A DNA stretch of 64,000 nucleotides. It comes from Azolla caroliniana. Its lineage: Eukaryota; Plantae; Polypodiophyta. Each line of letters opens with the position of its first letter. The stretch's first letter is position 1. The notes below the pieces were generated by a model. The model searched no databases and was not told where the DNA came from. It worked only from the letters and a program-made list of their open reading frames with translations. The position numbers were made by a program, and so were the translations under genes. Shown here in pieces: positions 12,814 to 30,700 of the stretch. The stretch spans positions 21,824,001-21,888,000 of the forward strand of contig JBHGNT010000010.1 in assembly GCA_043228905.1 (NCBI GenBank). The letters run 5' to 3'.

Positions 12814-15800
12814 TATATTAATGTCTTCTAAGGCCAAAATTGGCCCATCAGACAAATGGTTTACAACAAAAAATGGGATATTTACCCATTCATCAAAAGT
12901 AAAAAATAAAAATAAAAATAGAGTTTTAAGCTAAATAGTTCTAGTAAAATAACAAACATGTTCTACAATGAAAATGATGTTATACTAGGCCTAATTTCGT
13001 TTCCATCCAAGTCTCTCGAAGAGAAGCGGGAGGTCAAAGGGTTTCGATGTGGATGTGGTCCGTGGCTCCAATGTAAAAGGTACCCCATCCATAGCTTCTA
13101 GTCGACGTAGCTCACGTTCCCTTATCTTCTTAATCCTTTCTACTCTATGTCGACTTGTTTTGAAGCCCAACATCCAAGGGTGTTTGGTTGTTCTTTGCAT
13201 TTCGGCTTCCTCAAGAGAGAGGCCGAGTGGGGTAAGTGTATCCACATTCATTGTCTCCCCTTGTTCTTGAGAATTTACACTAGTTACAAGTTGATGAATA
13301 GTAAAAGGGTTATGGTTAACACTTTGTAATTTATTCTCCCTATGTTGTTTTAACTCTAAGATATACCTACCTAGTCTCTTTACATCAGGGGTATCTAATA
13401 GTTTGGAGAGGGTGGGAGAGGGTCCTAATATGACTTGGTATTCCACTCGTATCTTGGCATAAGTTGGGCACTTGCTTGTGAAGTGATACTCATCCTCTAT
13501 CTCTATGTGGCACAACCTACATAGCCTTTCAGGAGCCTTTCCTCCCTAGGGACTCTATTAGCCCGATCATTCTCAATCTCAAGTTGGTGAGATGATGTCC
13601 TAAGTTGTCCAATGGCCACCCTTAGTGCATTTCATAAGAATTTATCTAGATATCTTGGTCGTGTAATAAAACCTAACTGAGAGAAGTGCAATATGTGTTC
13701 CTTATAGTACAACATTTTAGATGGGAGTGGCTCTTGTGGGGTGATCCATTTATATCGAGTGTAAATTTGCCATATTTCTTGGCGTATCACTTTATTACAA
13801 TCTTCATGAGATATTAGAATTTGGTTAGTCCCATGGTTGTACTTAAGGGGGGGTAGGTTATTAATGTCTATGCCGTTTGCAAGTAACCAACTCACCACAA
13901 TGCTATACCAAGAGCTAGTGTCTCTAGATGCAGGTAGGGATCGGGATGCCTCAAAGGCTCGATGGGATATCCTATCTTGTGGTTGGCTATGTATCAGATG
14001 AATAAAAACTACCACTTGAAACAATGCTTCTACTAACATCGGGGGCAGACTAAACTCTGCTCTAATAATGTCATGTGGTACTGTCGATTTGCTTCGGAGT
14101 TGACGTGATAACATCGTCACCAAAGGTCTCCCTAATTGCGTCCACATGAAAGATGGTAGACCTGGCGCCCATACTACTGATGCATACATGAAGGAAGGGG
14201 TCACTAATGAGTCAAAGAGCTATCCCTTAGTCTGTGGCTCTTGAAAGTATGCCTGGTGGCATTGTCTCTCTAAGAGTGAGAGGGATGCATACGCTCTCGT
14301 TAGTCTATCTTTGGCTGCTTGGGTCATCGAGAATACATATGATCCAACTACCTCAACTAGTTTATGAGAGAGGATTAGGTGACATTTACTCCTAACTCAG
14401 GATGATGTATGAAAGATAAGAACTTTAGTTTTTGCTAGATTCACTACCAGCCCTCGTTGTGTACAAAAGTCATCTAGGGCATTAAGATGCTTTTGTAGGT
14501 CGTGTTCCGACTCCAAGAGCAAGACAATGTCAATGTCGTGTACGTAGAGTAAGAGACTAACTTGCTTATCCCAAATAGCTACTCCCTTGCCTCCCTTACG
14601 AGCAACAAAATCAGTGATCTCATCAATGTAGATCCCAAAAAGAGTTTGTGATAAGGGGCAACCTTGTTTTACACCAATGGTGCTAGTGAAACAATCGGAT
14701 AGGCCACTTGGGCATCTTACGCACCCAGAGACTTGCTCATATAGGGCATAAATGGCCCAGATCATGTTATTTGGTATCTCCAAGCTCTTAAGTCTATCAA
14801 ACTACTTCTCCGTAGGAACTGTGTCAAAGGCTTTGCCGAAGTCCACAAAGCAACAATATAGTTTCTTCTTATGAGCCTTTGTCTGGTTAATTAAACACCT
14901 AAGTGTGAAGATATGGTCAATAGTGGAGAAGGCTCGTCTAAAGCTAGCCTGCTTAGGTGCTCGAAGACTTAATGTTTCCATATAATCGCTGAGCTCCGCT
15001 TCCATTACCGCACCATATAGTTTAGAGAGCGTATGACCTATCATTATGGTCCTATATGTATTTGGGTCTATTGGGTCCCCTCCTTTATGTATAGGGGCCA
15101 CTGTGTTCATGGTCCATTATGGTGGAAAACCCTCATCGAGGGCGCGGTTAACAATTAGAGTGAGAAAGGGGGCTAGGCACTCTCGAGCATATATGATGTG
15201 CTCGGCTTACAATCCTGTGTGGTCCATGGATTTCCTATGTTGCAATTTTTTTATGACCTTCGTGACCCTAGAGGTCGTGAAAAGTGTCTCCATGTTAGGT
15301 CGGGGTGTGGAAGGCATTGGAATGGGTGGTTGGTTTGGGACATGGTAGAGTCTCTTGATATATGTGTGCTAAATATTGGGATCCTCGATGGGTGTTTGTG
15401 GTCGCGGTTCCCGTAGCCTCTTCCATGCAAGGGCACAATCCCTACTCATGAGCATATGGTAGAGTTCCCAATATTGGGATGCTTCCCAAGCTCGTCTTTT
15501 ATAGTGTGTCATCTTGCGCATCCCTTTTCGAGCCTATACTGAGGAAATAGTACCACTAAGTTGTGACACTTTAAGTTGTCTATACAACTCTCTACAATCC
15601 TCGTCATACCACTTGTTCTCTGGCATAGACCCTATTCTACTATGATTGGAGTGTTTCGTGTATGGGAAGCTACTAATTTCTACTGAGTGAAGGGTGTGTG
15701 CGAGTTCTGTAGTGAGGTTCTCTAAAGGCAAGGAAGAATCAAAATAGGAGAGATGGGCTTGAACATGTCGGGAGTAGATGTCAGCGAACTCATGCATGAA

Positions 15801-17372
15801 ATGTATTATGGTGTGATGGTTTGGTTGACTAGAGTTGGCGGCGTGGGAGGTGTCGCATTTTAGCTCAAAGTATAGGAAGCTATGGTCTGCACCAATGGGG
15901 CATGGGGCCACCTGGAAGGAGTTAACCATGTGGGTAGCTTTAGGGCGTCCTATTAGGCAATCAATTGTGCTTTCCCCTCCTCCATGTGGGAAACATGTGA
16001 GCGCTTCCGAGCCCAACCACTTGGGTAAGCCATTATATATGATCATCTGGTGTCGGCTTCCAAGTTCAAGCAGATGATGGCCAAAGCTTGTGGTGTCCGC
16101 ACCTTGATCCTTTGATGTAAGCGTTATGTCTAAGTCTAAAGGGTTGACATTCACCATTTCGAGGTTTCTATCCATTTGAAATATTGTGCATTGTCGGGAT
16201 TGGGTTCTCGCATTGAAATCTCCTACAAGGAAGACTTCCCCTTGAGAAGAATATCAGATTATCTCAACCAATAAAAGGTTCATATGGAGAAAGCCCATGC
16301 GACGTTCCTTCATCAACTATACTCGCTTCTCCAGCCATATTATACCAGGATCCTTTCGGAGGGAAGTAACACACGATGATAAATATCGCCTGATCCTTGC
16401 TAGTGAGGACTTTCACCTACATAAAATGGGCTTCTGGGTCTTTCTTTAGTATTTCTATCCTATTATGTATCTCTCTCCGAAATAGTATCGCAATCCCTGC
16501 AGACCCTCTAGTAGTATGTCAACGTGAGGTTTGTTTAAAGACAGATTCCCAACGAAAACCGTCAACTCGTGGCAGTCCTCGATTTGGGCTCTGATGTGTT
16601 TCTACTAAAAAATGTATGTCAGATACCTTCAAAATCTCCTCTAGACGGCCAAGTTGTGCGGCTGTGCCCAAAGTGCACCGTTACAGTTCCATAAAGTCAT
16701 CCTAAGTTTATTGTCTGTCACATGGACCACACGTTGTCAATTGGCAGCGCGATCATTTATTATCACACGTCCGTCTCGGTAAAAAGCACGATGCCCCTCT
16801 TTACGAGCTTGTATGACTCGCGGCATATAAGTTTTACGATGCTCAATTTGCATCTTGGTTAGGTCTTCATCGCGGTAGATAGGGTCCCCGCCCAATCCTC
16901 AAAGAATTGGTCTCTTTTTAAAAAATGTGATTCTAGATTTTGAGTCCTTAAACTGAAGGATCAAAGCTCTTTTCCTAGTGGTGTCACGTCCTACCCTCCA
17001 AGGGCTTCGTACCACAACATTTTCCCTAATGTTTGTGCATCTTCGTCAGGAGATGTCCCTTCCTTGACCCCAATAACGCGTACATTTAGGCGTCGAACTT
17101 GACACATTTTTTCCTCCTCAAGGGTAGTGTTTACAATATTTTCATCCTTTAGTTCCTTTTTAATATTATGGTTTACTACATCAACCCACCCAGTTTTTGC
17201 TAATTCCATATCTCTTTTAACCTCTTTCTTAACCTTTTTGATCTCATCCTTAATATCCTCTAGGGAAGATATTTCACCATCTTCCCTAGATGTCTCAAGG
17301 TCCTTAACTTGTTTCTGAAGGCTCATGTTGTCTACTTTAAGTTTCGTTTTTTTAGCAATAAGCACTTTAGAA
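12814..17372 (-). mobile_element. Near-full-length decayed LINE (ORF1 plus APE endonuclease, RT and C-terminal Cys/His domain), RTE/RTEX-like
   Basis: ORF1 has a coiled coil followed by RRLNVRVIGVKEG and PIYRDEDLT. The APE region shows LWNCNG, LVETHQ, FLVGDFNART, STIDCLI and GADHSFL. The RT shows NTYRTIMIG, CFVDFGKAFDTV, GVKQGCPLS, LLYVHDID and NLAKTK. The C-terminus has HQLEIE...CHIEIEDEYHFTSKCPTY. Multiple stops and frameshifts. agagagagaaagaaaga flanks both sides (12797-12813, 17373-17389). Confidence 0.9.
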
Positions 17373-17399
17373 AGAGAGAGAAAGAAAGAAAGAAAAATA

Positions 17400-18400
17400 T
17401 GTATTAACAACGAGCAACTCTTGGAGGAATTCAACGACGATCTAATGGTGTTTCGGTTAGAAGCCGAAGCATACGAGGAGGAACAACTCGCTACCGGGAG
17501 TCATAGAGCTCCCATAAACACTGAGCAAAGAACCCAGTCACTCCCCACGGCAGCTAGACCGGAGGAGTCTGCTCCTACCGACGTCCACATCCCACCAGAG
17601 CCACAAACTATAACCCCGACCCTGCCTGCATTAGTCCCAACAGAGGAGGGCACACACGCCGACACCACCCTCCCCAACTCGGCAACACCACCTCCATCAC
17701 CAACCCGACCGGCCGAGTAGCCAGGCCAAACCCATGCCCCAGAGGATATCCTCGGCATATTGGAAGAAGAATAAGACCAACCTCTAAGCCCCGTAGGAAC
17801 GGGCCATTTTTGTAATTCGTGTGGTTTTGTTAAATCCATGGTGAACCGTGGGTCCGACGGACAAAGTCCTGTCCCACGGGCGTGCCAGGTGTTGTCCATA
17901 GGCCAAAAATAGAAATTAATTAAATATAATACGCCGGAAGTAAGGCGAGTAGGTAAGGGAGAGTTAGGTAAAACGCTGAGTTTCGAGCCTCACAGTCAAC
18001 CGACCGCTCGGCGCTGTATGAAGGAAAAGAAGTATATAAACCAAGGTCTGCGTACCTCGGCAAGAGGGAGATATCCAGAGCCTAGGTGAGGTCAGTTCAT
18101 AGTTATAAGAAGCTTTGTAAGGCTACCAGCTGGGGGCCGTGTTTTTGTAATCATCACTAACTATTGTAGTAATACATATCTATAGCACTTGTTGTTTTCA
18201 TCTGTGTGTCGTCGCTTCTAAGGTCTCAACTACGTTTACGACCCGGGCTCTATTCCGGGTATGCTCTCCGTGTTCTTCCCCTAATGACACCTCCGTGCAT
18301 CAGTCTTCACGATTACACTTCCCTTGATACCGATAGCTTGTAGGCATATATCGAAGGTGTTTCCGGCAGAACGGTTACCACGATGGAGTTATGACTCCCG
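17400..18400. mobile_element. LTR retrotransposon fragment (Ty3/gypsy Tat/Athila-like) with a tRNA-Arg-type PBS motif next to an LTR end
   Basis: GC-richer block. gtcccacgggcgtgcca (17871-17887) lies 2 nt from TGTTG (17890); on the minus strand this reads CAACA-cc-TGGCACGCCCGTGGGAC. TATATAAA occurs at about 18033. Confidence 0.55.
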
Positions 18401-18699
18401 TCGATATCGATGGTCCTAGGATCTAGACTAGTGTATGCCCAGGCAATGGTGGTTGTTGAACACCCTTGAGCTACTAGCTTACTTAAACATTATTGATTAG
18501 TACTTACACTTTCTCTATCTCACACACACTTTACTCTCTCTTGCAATAGAATTAGATGTATAGACAAAAGGAGAGAAAACTTAAAGGAAGTTCTAAATAC
18601 ACCACTCCTTATATCAAAGAGGTTTAACACCATACAAAAGGGGAGAGATTAGGGTAACACAAATTTTGGCAGATGATTCTTTGATATTTCTATAAGCAT

Positions 18700-23296
<4,597 letters not shown>

Positions 23297-23332
23297 GAGA
23301 GAGAGAGAGAGACACACACACACACACACATA

Positions 23333-23430
23333 GACATTAATGTCTAACTTGACCAAAATTGGCCTATGAAGCAAATCATTAGTATGAATGTGGTTGAATT
23401 CATGTCATCCATACTAAACGAATTTCCTAT
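23333..23430 (-). mobile_element. Probable 3' terminus of another RTE/RTEX-like LINE running into the assembly gap
   Basis: cattaatgtctaacttgaccaaaattggcc resembles tattaatgtcttctaaggccaaaattggcc at the 3' end of the 12.8 kb element. Confidence 0.5.
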
Positions 23431-23530
23431 NNNNNNNNNNNNNNNNNNNNNNNNNNNNNNNNNNNNNNNNNNNNNNNNNNNNNNNNNNNNNNNNNNNNNN
23501 NNNNNNNNNNNNNNNNNNNNNNNNNNNNNN
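23431..23530. other. Assembly gap (100 N)
   Basis: Run of N characters; the true length is unknown. Confidence 1.
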
Positions 23531-23532
23531 AG

Positions 23533-25250
<1,718 letters not shown>

Positions 25251-27710
25251 GAAATCAATAAGCTCTAACTGTTTTAAGTAGACCTACCTTGCTCCAAGTG
25301 AAGGATCGGCCTGCATTTTGCATGGATGATTTTTGCAGTCCTAAAAGGCACTACATTTTTCATGAGCAGTCCAACCATGCATTTTTAAGAGCATGTCAAA
25401 TGGTCTGGATGACAATAATCTTGATTGGCAAATAATCTGAATATTCAGGAAATAATATTGACTTCCGAAAGTTCATGTAATGCAATATCATTCGAAAAGT
25501 GCTTGTTAAGCTTGTTAATTTTTCCATTTTGTATGTGTAAAATCAGGTTGGACTAGGTTCAAATTTCGATCATAACTCCAACTTATATGCTTAAATTGTG
25601 TTTGTGATGCTTAGCATACTTAACTCAAGAAATCCATTCTTGTAATGCATTAATCTGATTTTGTTATGAAAAATTGTTTTATGTTCTTCTTCCTCCCACA
25701 TTTTTCTTCACCAACTCCAATGCCATGTACAATAATATGTAGATTATATATATTTAAGTGTGAGAATACTGAAATTGGCTGGCATCCAATGTAAAATGCA
25801 AGTGACATGTTACTATCTTTTAATATTGAAATGTGCCATGAAACTTTTTGAGTACAACCTATTATTGCACAAGGACATGCTTCCCGTGGCATTGATATGC
25901 CATTAACCACAACTTGGTTTATACAATGCCCATTAAAAAGGATGTGATCTTGGTTTTTTGCTTGAAAAGGGGTTTTTGGGTATATGTATGAAAAATTACC
26001 TTGGTTTTATTGCTTGAACAAAGCTCCTGTATACACCATTATAAAAGGGATACTTGGGTGTGCTTTTGAACCAAAAATAAGAATGCAAAAAAGGAGGGAT
26101 TGAATTAACAAGAGGGAAGAGATGATCAGAAGTCGCAAGAGAACCAAATTGAAAGATCTTATGAGAAATGAAAGTGGTATTTCCCATTTGGGACTTGCCA
26201 TATGTAAAGAGTAGTTTTATGAGGCATGTTGGTCAATTCACCCTTTTGTTTACTTGTTTGATGTTTCTTTATAATCCCTCTTCATGTAATTGAGAACTAT
26301 CTTAAGTGATCATCATTATGGTGTTTTGGAAATATTGTTAAGTGTGATCAACATCTTTCTTGTCTAACAAATGTTTCAACTTGTCACACTTTCCGTACGG
26401 AGATCAATTAAATTCACTTAGTAATTGATCGAAGTTGAAATTTAACTCTTTGATGTTGATGCATGAGTGATAAGGAAGTTGATGTGACCATAGCTAGCAA
26501 GAAATTAACCTAGCTATTTATGTTTGAGACATTGATCTAAGCTTGTGAATAGTTTTATTGGATTCAATGACGCTGTCAATTGGATTTTATCAAAGGGTAC
26601 TTATGCATGATGCTTTACAATTACAAACATCTAATACCTATATATCCATTTGAAATTGATCCCATTTTCAATTATTTGTGACTAGAGGGCTTGTAAGACA
26701 AAAATAATATTCTTTGGATCCATTAGGCAAGTGGTAAGCACAAAGTATCAAGAGACATATGTGAATTTATAAGGAATCCCTTCAACTCTAGTTGCTATAA
26801 AGGAGGTAGTCAAGCTTTTGTATTGCAACTCGTGGCACGCATCAACTATGATCAATGTAAAAAATGGAACCAATTGCATAAATGCTTAATTTAGTGTACC
26901 TACTACCAAAGCCAAGGCTCACAAAACCCTAGGAAATCATGTAAATTCCCTATGTCGAAAATGGAAAATCCTTGATTGAGTTTAGGTTGTCCTCAAACAT
27001 GTTGAGCTTTGAAGATTAGCATTTCATTAAGTCAAGAATCCCATGTGATAGATAAATTGAAAGAAAAAACCTTTGTAGCTCACGATGCAGTAACCATTGT
27101 AAATTCAAGAGAGGCTCGCGGATCTCCTGTGTGAGAGAGAGAGAGTCCACAACAAAAGCATTCTCATACTCTTCTCCACCCACCTATCCATCCATCCACA
27201 CGTACATATACATACATACATACATACATACATATGAAGAGTGTGTGAAAGATTTAGGGCAGCCAAATTTGGAGGGCCATATGGAAAACCAAAAAACGCA
27301 CACGTTCCCAATTAACAAATAATAATAATAGTAACAACAACAATAATGTTGTTAGAATTATAATCGTCTTCTCAATTTTATTCCATTTTGTATTTCTATT
27401 CTGTTTACCCAATTCCTTCTTCTTCTTCTTCTTCTTCTTCTTCTCTCTCTCTCCGTCGCGCGCGCGCGCATCGTCCTTTTCTCTGTGCAGAACAGAAAGA
27501 CGAAAACCTTTCGACGATCGATTCCCACACACACAGATTTATATATATCTACAGATGGATGGATAGAGAGAGCTTGCCATCATAGGAAGAAACAGATAGA
27601 GAGTGATTTCATCCATCTCTGCGATACAGAGAGTAATTTGAATCTTTTTCCAATACAGCCTCCTTCTCTCTGATCCAAACCTATTTTTACATGAAGGCAA
27701 ACAAACATCG

Positions 27711-30700
27711 ATGGGGATCTCCATGCCTCCCTCTTACTCCTTTTTCGCAGAAGCTCCAGACCATTCTCCAGGAGACGACATAGTAACCAAAGATGGAGGG
27801 ACTTGCTGGAACCTGACCCGATCTAGACACCACGGGATCTTGTATAACTTCTTCGCTGCACTTCCTGTGGTTATTTTCCTCGCTTTCTTGGTCTTCAGGC
27901 TTCGAGATAGTATCCAGAAGCTTCTCCATGGCCGATCTTATGTCATGGCGACCTATTATGGCTTCCTATGGGCGGTCTCTCTCCTTAACCTAGTCTGGTT
28001 TCTCCTGCAGGTAAGATTTTATTTCTTTTTAATTGCTTCCATTTAGATTCGATAATGCTTAGTTCGTTGTAAATAGTATATAGATTTAAGTTTTTGAGAG
28101 ACTATTCTTGGAAGCATAGTATGAACCATATGTGCATTCGCATTTGCGAATGCTTCAATCGCCCCCCTAAGAAAAACACCCTCAAAGAATGATAAATACC
28201 ATACTTTTGGATTAACTATTTATTATGAGGTAAATAAACCTAAAAAATAGAAAAAAAATAAAAAAGAAACATTAAAAAATAGGGAAAAACAAAAAAAACA
28301 CAAGAATGTTTGAATAACATTCGCATTCGTTTTCCAATGTAGGAAAACGAATGTTATGCTAGACGAACACGAATTTTACGTATTATGCTTGGAAGGAAGC
28401 AGGCCAGTTTTTATAGCACGGGAGTTTGATGGGGATAATGTGTTCAATAGGAAGTTTGTTCAAAGGGAAGCATTTATGAGAACTACTGAAATTTTTATCA
28501 GAATGAATCTTCTATTTGCCATGAGTGCTATCAAAAGATCATTCATATATAATTAATAGTAAATCAGTTTTCTTTCCAAAATAAAGTATGTCTTTTTTGG
28601 TTTTCGGAATTGGTCAAAGGCTTATAGAACTTTTTAGGCATGGCCTAGGCAAAAGATTGTTCTTCTGGGAAGTGCCATGAAATTGTTGCAAGATTGATCA
28701 CAAACCTTTAGAATCTGTTTCTAACTCAGTGAAACTATCCAAGTTGGCAATAATGTATAATGAAGCAAATATTCAGCTACTTTTGCAATTATTAACCAAT
28801 CCGATCAGTGAAATACATGTTTAGTGAATCTTACTTCCTGAGTAGAGTATAAAATGTCACGTCAGATGATATAAACCCTACAGTAATGAAGAGTTAGATT
28901 AAGGATTGATTAGACACCCTCATTCCCACACTTCGTAGTACCCAGCCATATAGGCAGTCCATAACCATATACTCTATGAATTTAACACTCCTTCAAATGT
29001 ATAAATCTATAAAGTTATTACAGACTTATTTTGTGGAATGAGAATGACCTAAACGTTGTTCAGAGTGAAGCCACCATAATAAACGTCCATACTCTATGAT
29101 CTACACCTCTTCCTGTGTTTAACTATGTTCCCCATTTAAAAGCTATAGCCAATGTATATATTGGCTTCTCTTCATTGAGACCTTGCAACGTGGAAGATTT
29201 GGAATATTGGTTACCATTGTCTAAAATGAGGGTCGTAACTGTCAGCTAATTATATGTTGTCTTCTCTGTGTATGGGAGCCTTACAACATTGAAGGTTTTA
29301 AACAAAGGACCCTGCCACAAGACAATATATATCTTGACAACCTTTCATATGATGTAATATTGAAGGTGGGAATATTTGCTACCAGTGGTTGAACGGAGTA
29401 TCAATAGCCAGTCATATACGTTGGCTTCTCCATGTATGGGGGCCTTCGACAATAAAGATTTGAAAGATTGGTAGTATTGCATTCATGACATAGTTATCTA
29501 TCTATCTGTCTGTCTGTATCTTCCTAACTGTTGCCACTGCAACATGGGGATGTAATAGCTCATACAAACTTATGATTTCATATCAGCTCTTTGTTAAGGA
29601 TTGCATTTTGGGAGTTCAGTTGACGATTTTGTTCCCTAAGTTGTCCCTAAGTTCATTAAAAGTTTCAATTGTTTCCTGCTTACAGAGTTTCTTTAAGTTA
29701 ATAACATGCAGAATCAGCATATGAGAATCCTAGTGCTGTTTGTGCAAGACTTATGCCTTCCTAGCCATCTCTATTGCAAACTGTTTGGGAGAGTTGATCT
29801 GTATGTTTGATTCCAAGCTTTGTTTCCTCTCCATTTTAATGCGAAAAACTAGAGAATGCGATTCTAGTTCCCTTGCAAGTGATGAGGACAGAGACTTCAA
29901 CTTTGGTAGTAAATAGTTTCAAAGTAAAGCAAATGACACTTGTTATATTTTCAAAAAATTAGCTTGCTTCTATAGCTATCTCCTTGGTACTCTAATGGAG
30001 AACTTTGAAAAATTATTGCCAATGATGCCATGTTTGTTTTCTTAATCTAAAAAAAAAATATTGCACAGGTATGGCCTCCCAAGACCAGCAGCACAGCATG
30101 GAACTTTCTTTCTCTAATCGTCAGCTTTGGAATAGTCATGTTGGAAGTGAGTGTGGTGGTATTTCTTTCTCAAGGCTATGTTGTAAGTGGATCGGACGCA
30201 TTGATGCGGACACTTATTTTCTCTGGGCTCATTGCCACTGCAGACACATTTGTTAAGGTAATGAGAATTTCAGGAATCCACTTTTTGTGCTTGCAAGTAT
30301 TTCTGTGTACATTGCATTGCGTCCAAGTTTTACGTATTTACCTTACAAAGTAACTCTCTCTCCTATACCAAAGTTGCTTTCGAAATTCTGTTTTTTATCA
30401 GACATGCCCAAATAGATTTGATATATTGTATGGGGGCAGTATTGAGGCTGCCAATTGTAAGGCTTGTGAAGGAACTTCTTCTCCTGGTAATAAAACTTTG
30501 CACTACATCATGGGGGACAAAAGAGACAGTTGAATATGGGCACCGTTATTCTACTTCAGGATGGCCCATAAACATTGTGATTTCAAACCTCAATATTTAT
30601 TGATAGGCTGCTTTGTAGTATGCTCATGTATTTCTATATAATCTAGTGTACTTGTATTGTGTGTAATATGCAAGACTGTAAACAGTATCTTGGGTAGATG

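Noticed and set aside
17325-17720. 131-aa Pro-rich ORF as a host gene
   Set aside because: It spans a LINE end, a microsatellite and an LTR-element fragment, and has no recognisable domain.
17871-17887. tRNA-Arg gene
   Set aside because: Only about 17 nt of 3' end including CCA is present, with no cloverleaf; a PBS explains it better.
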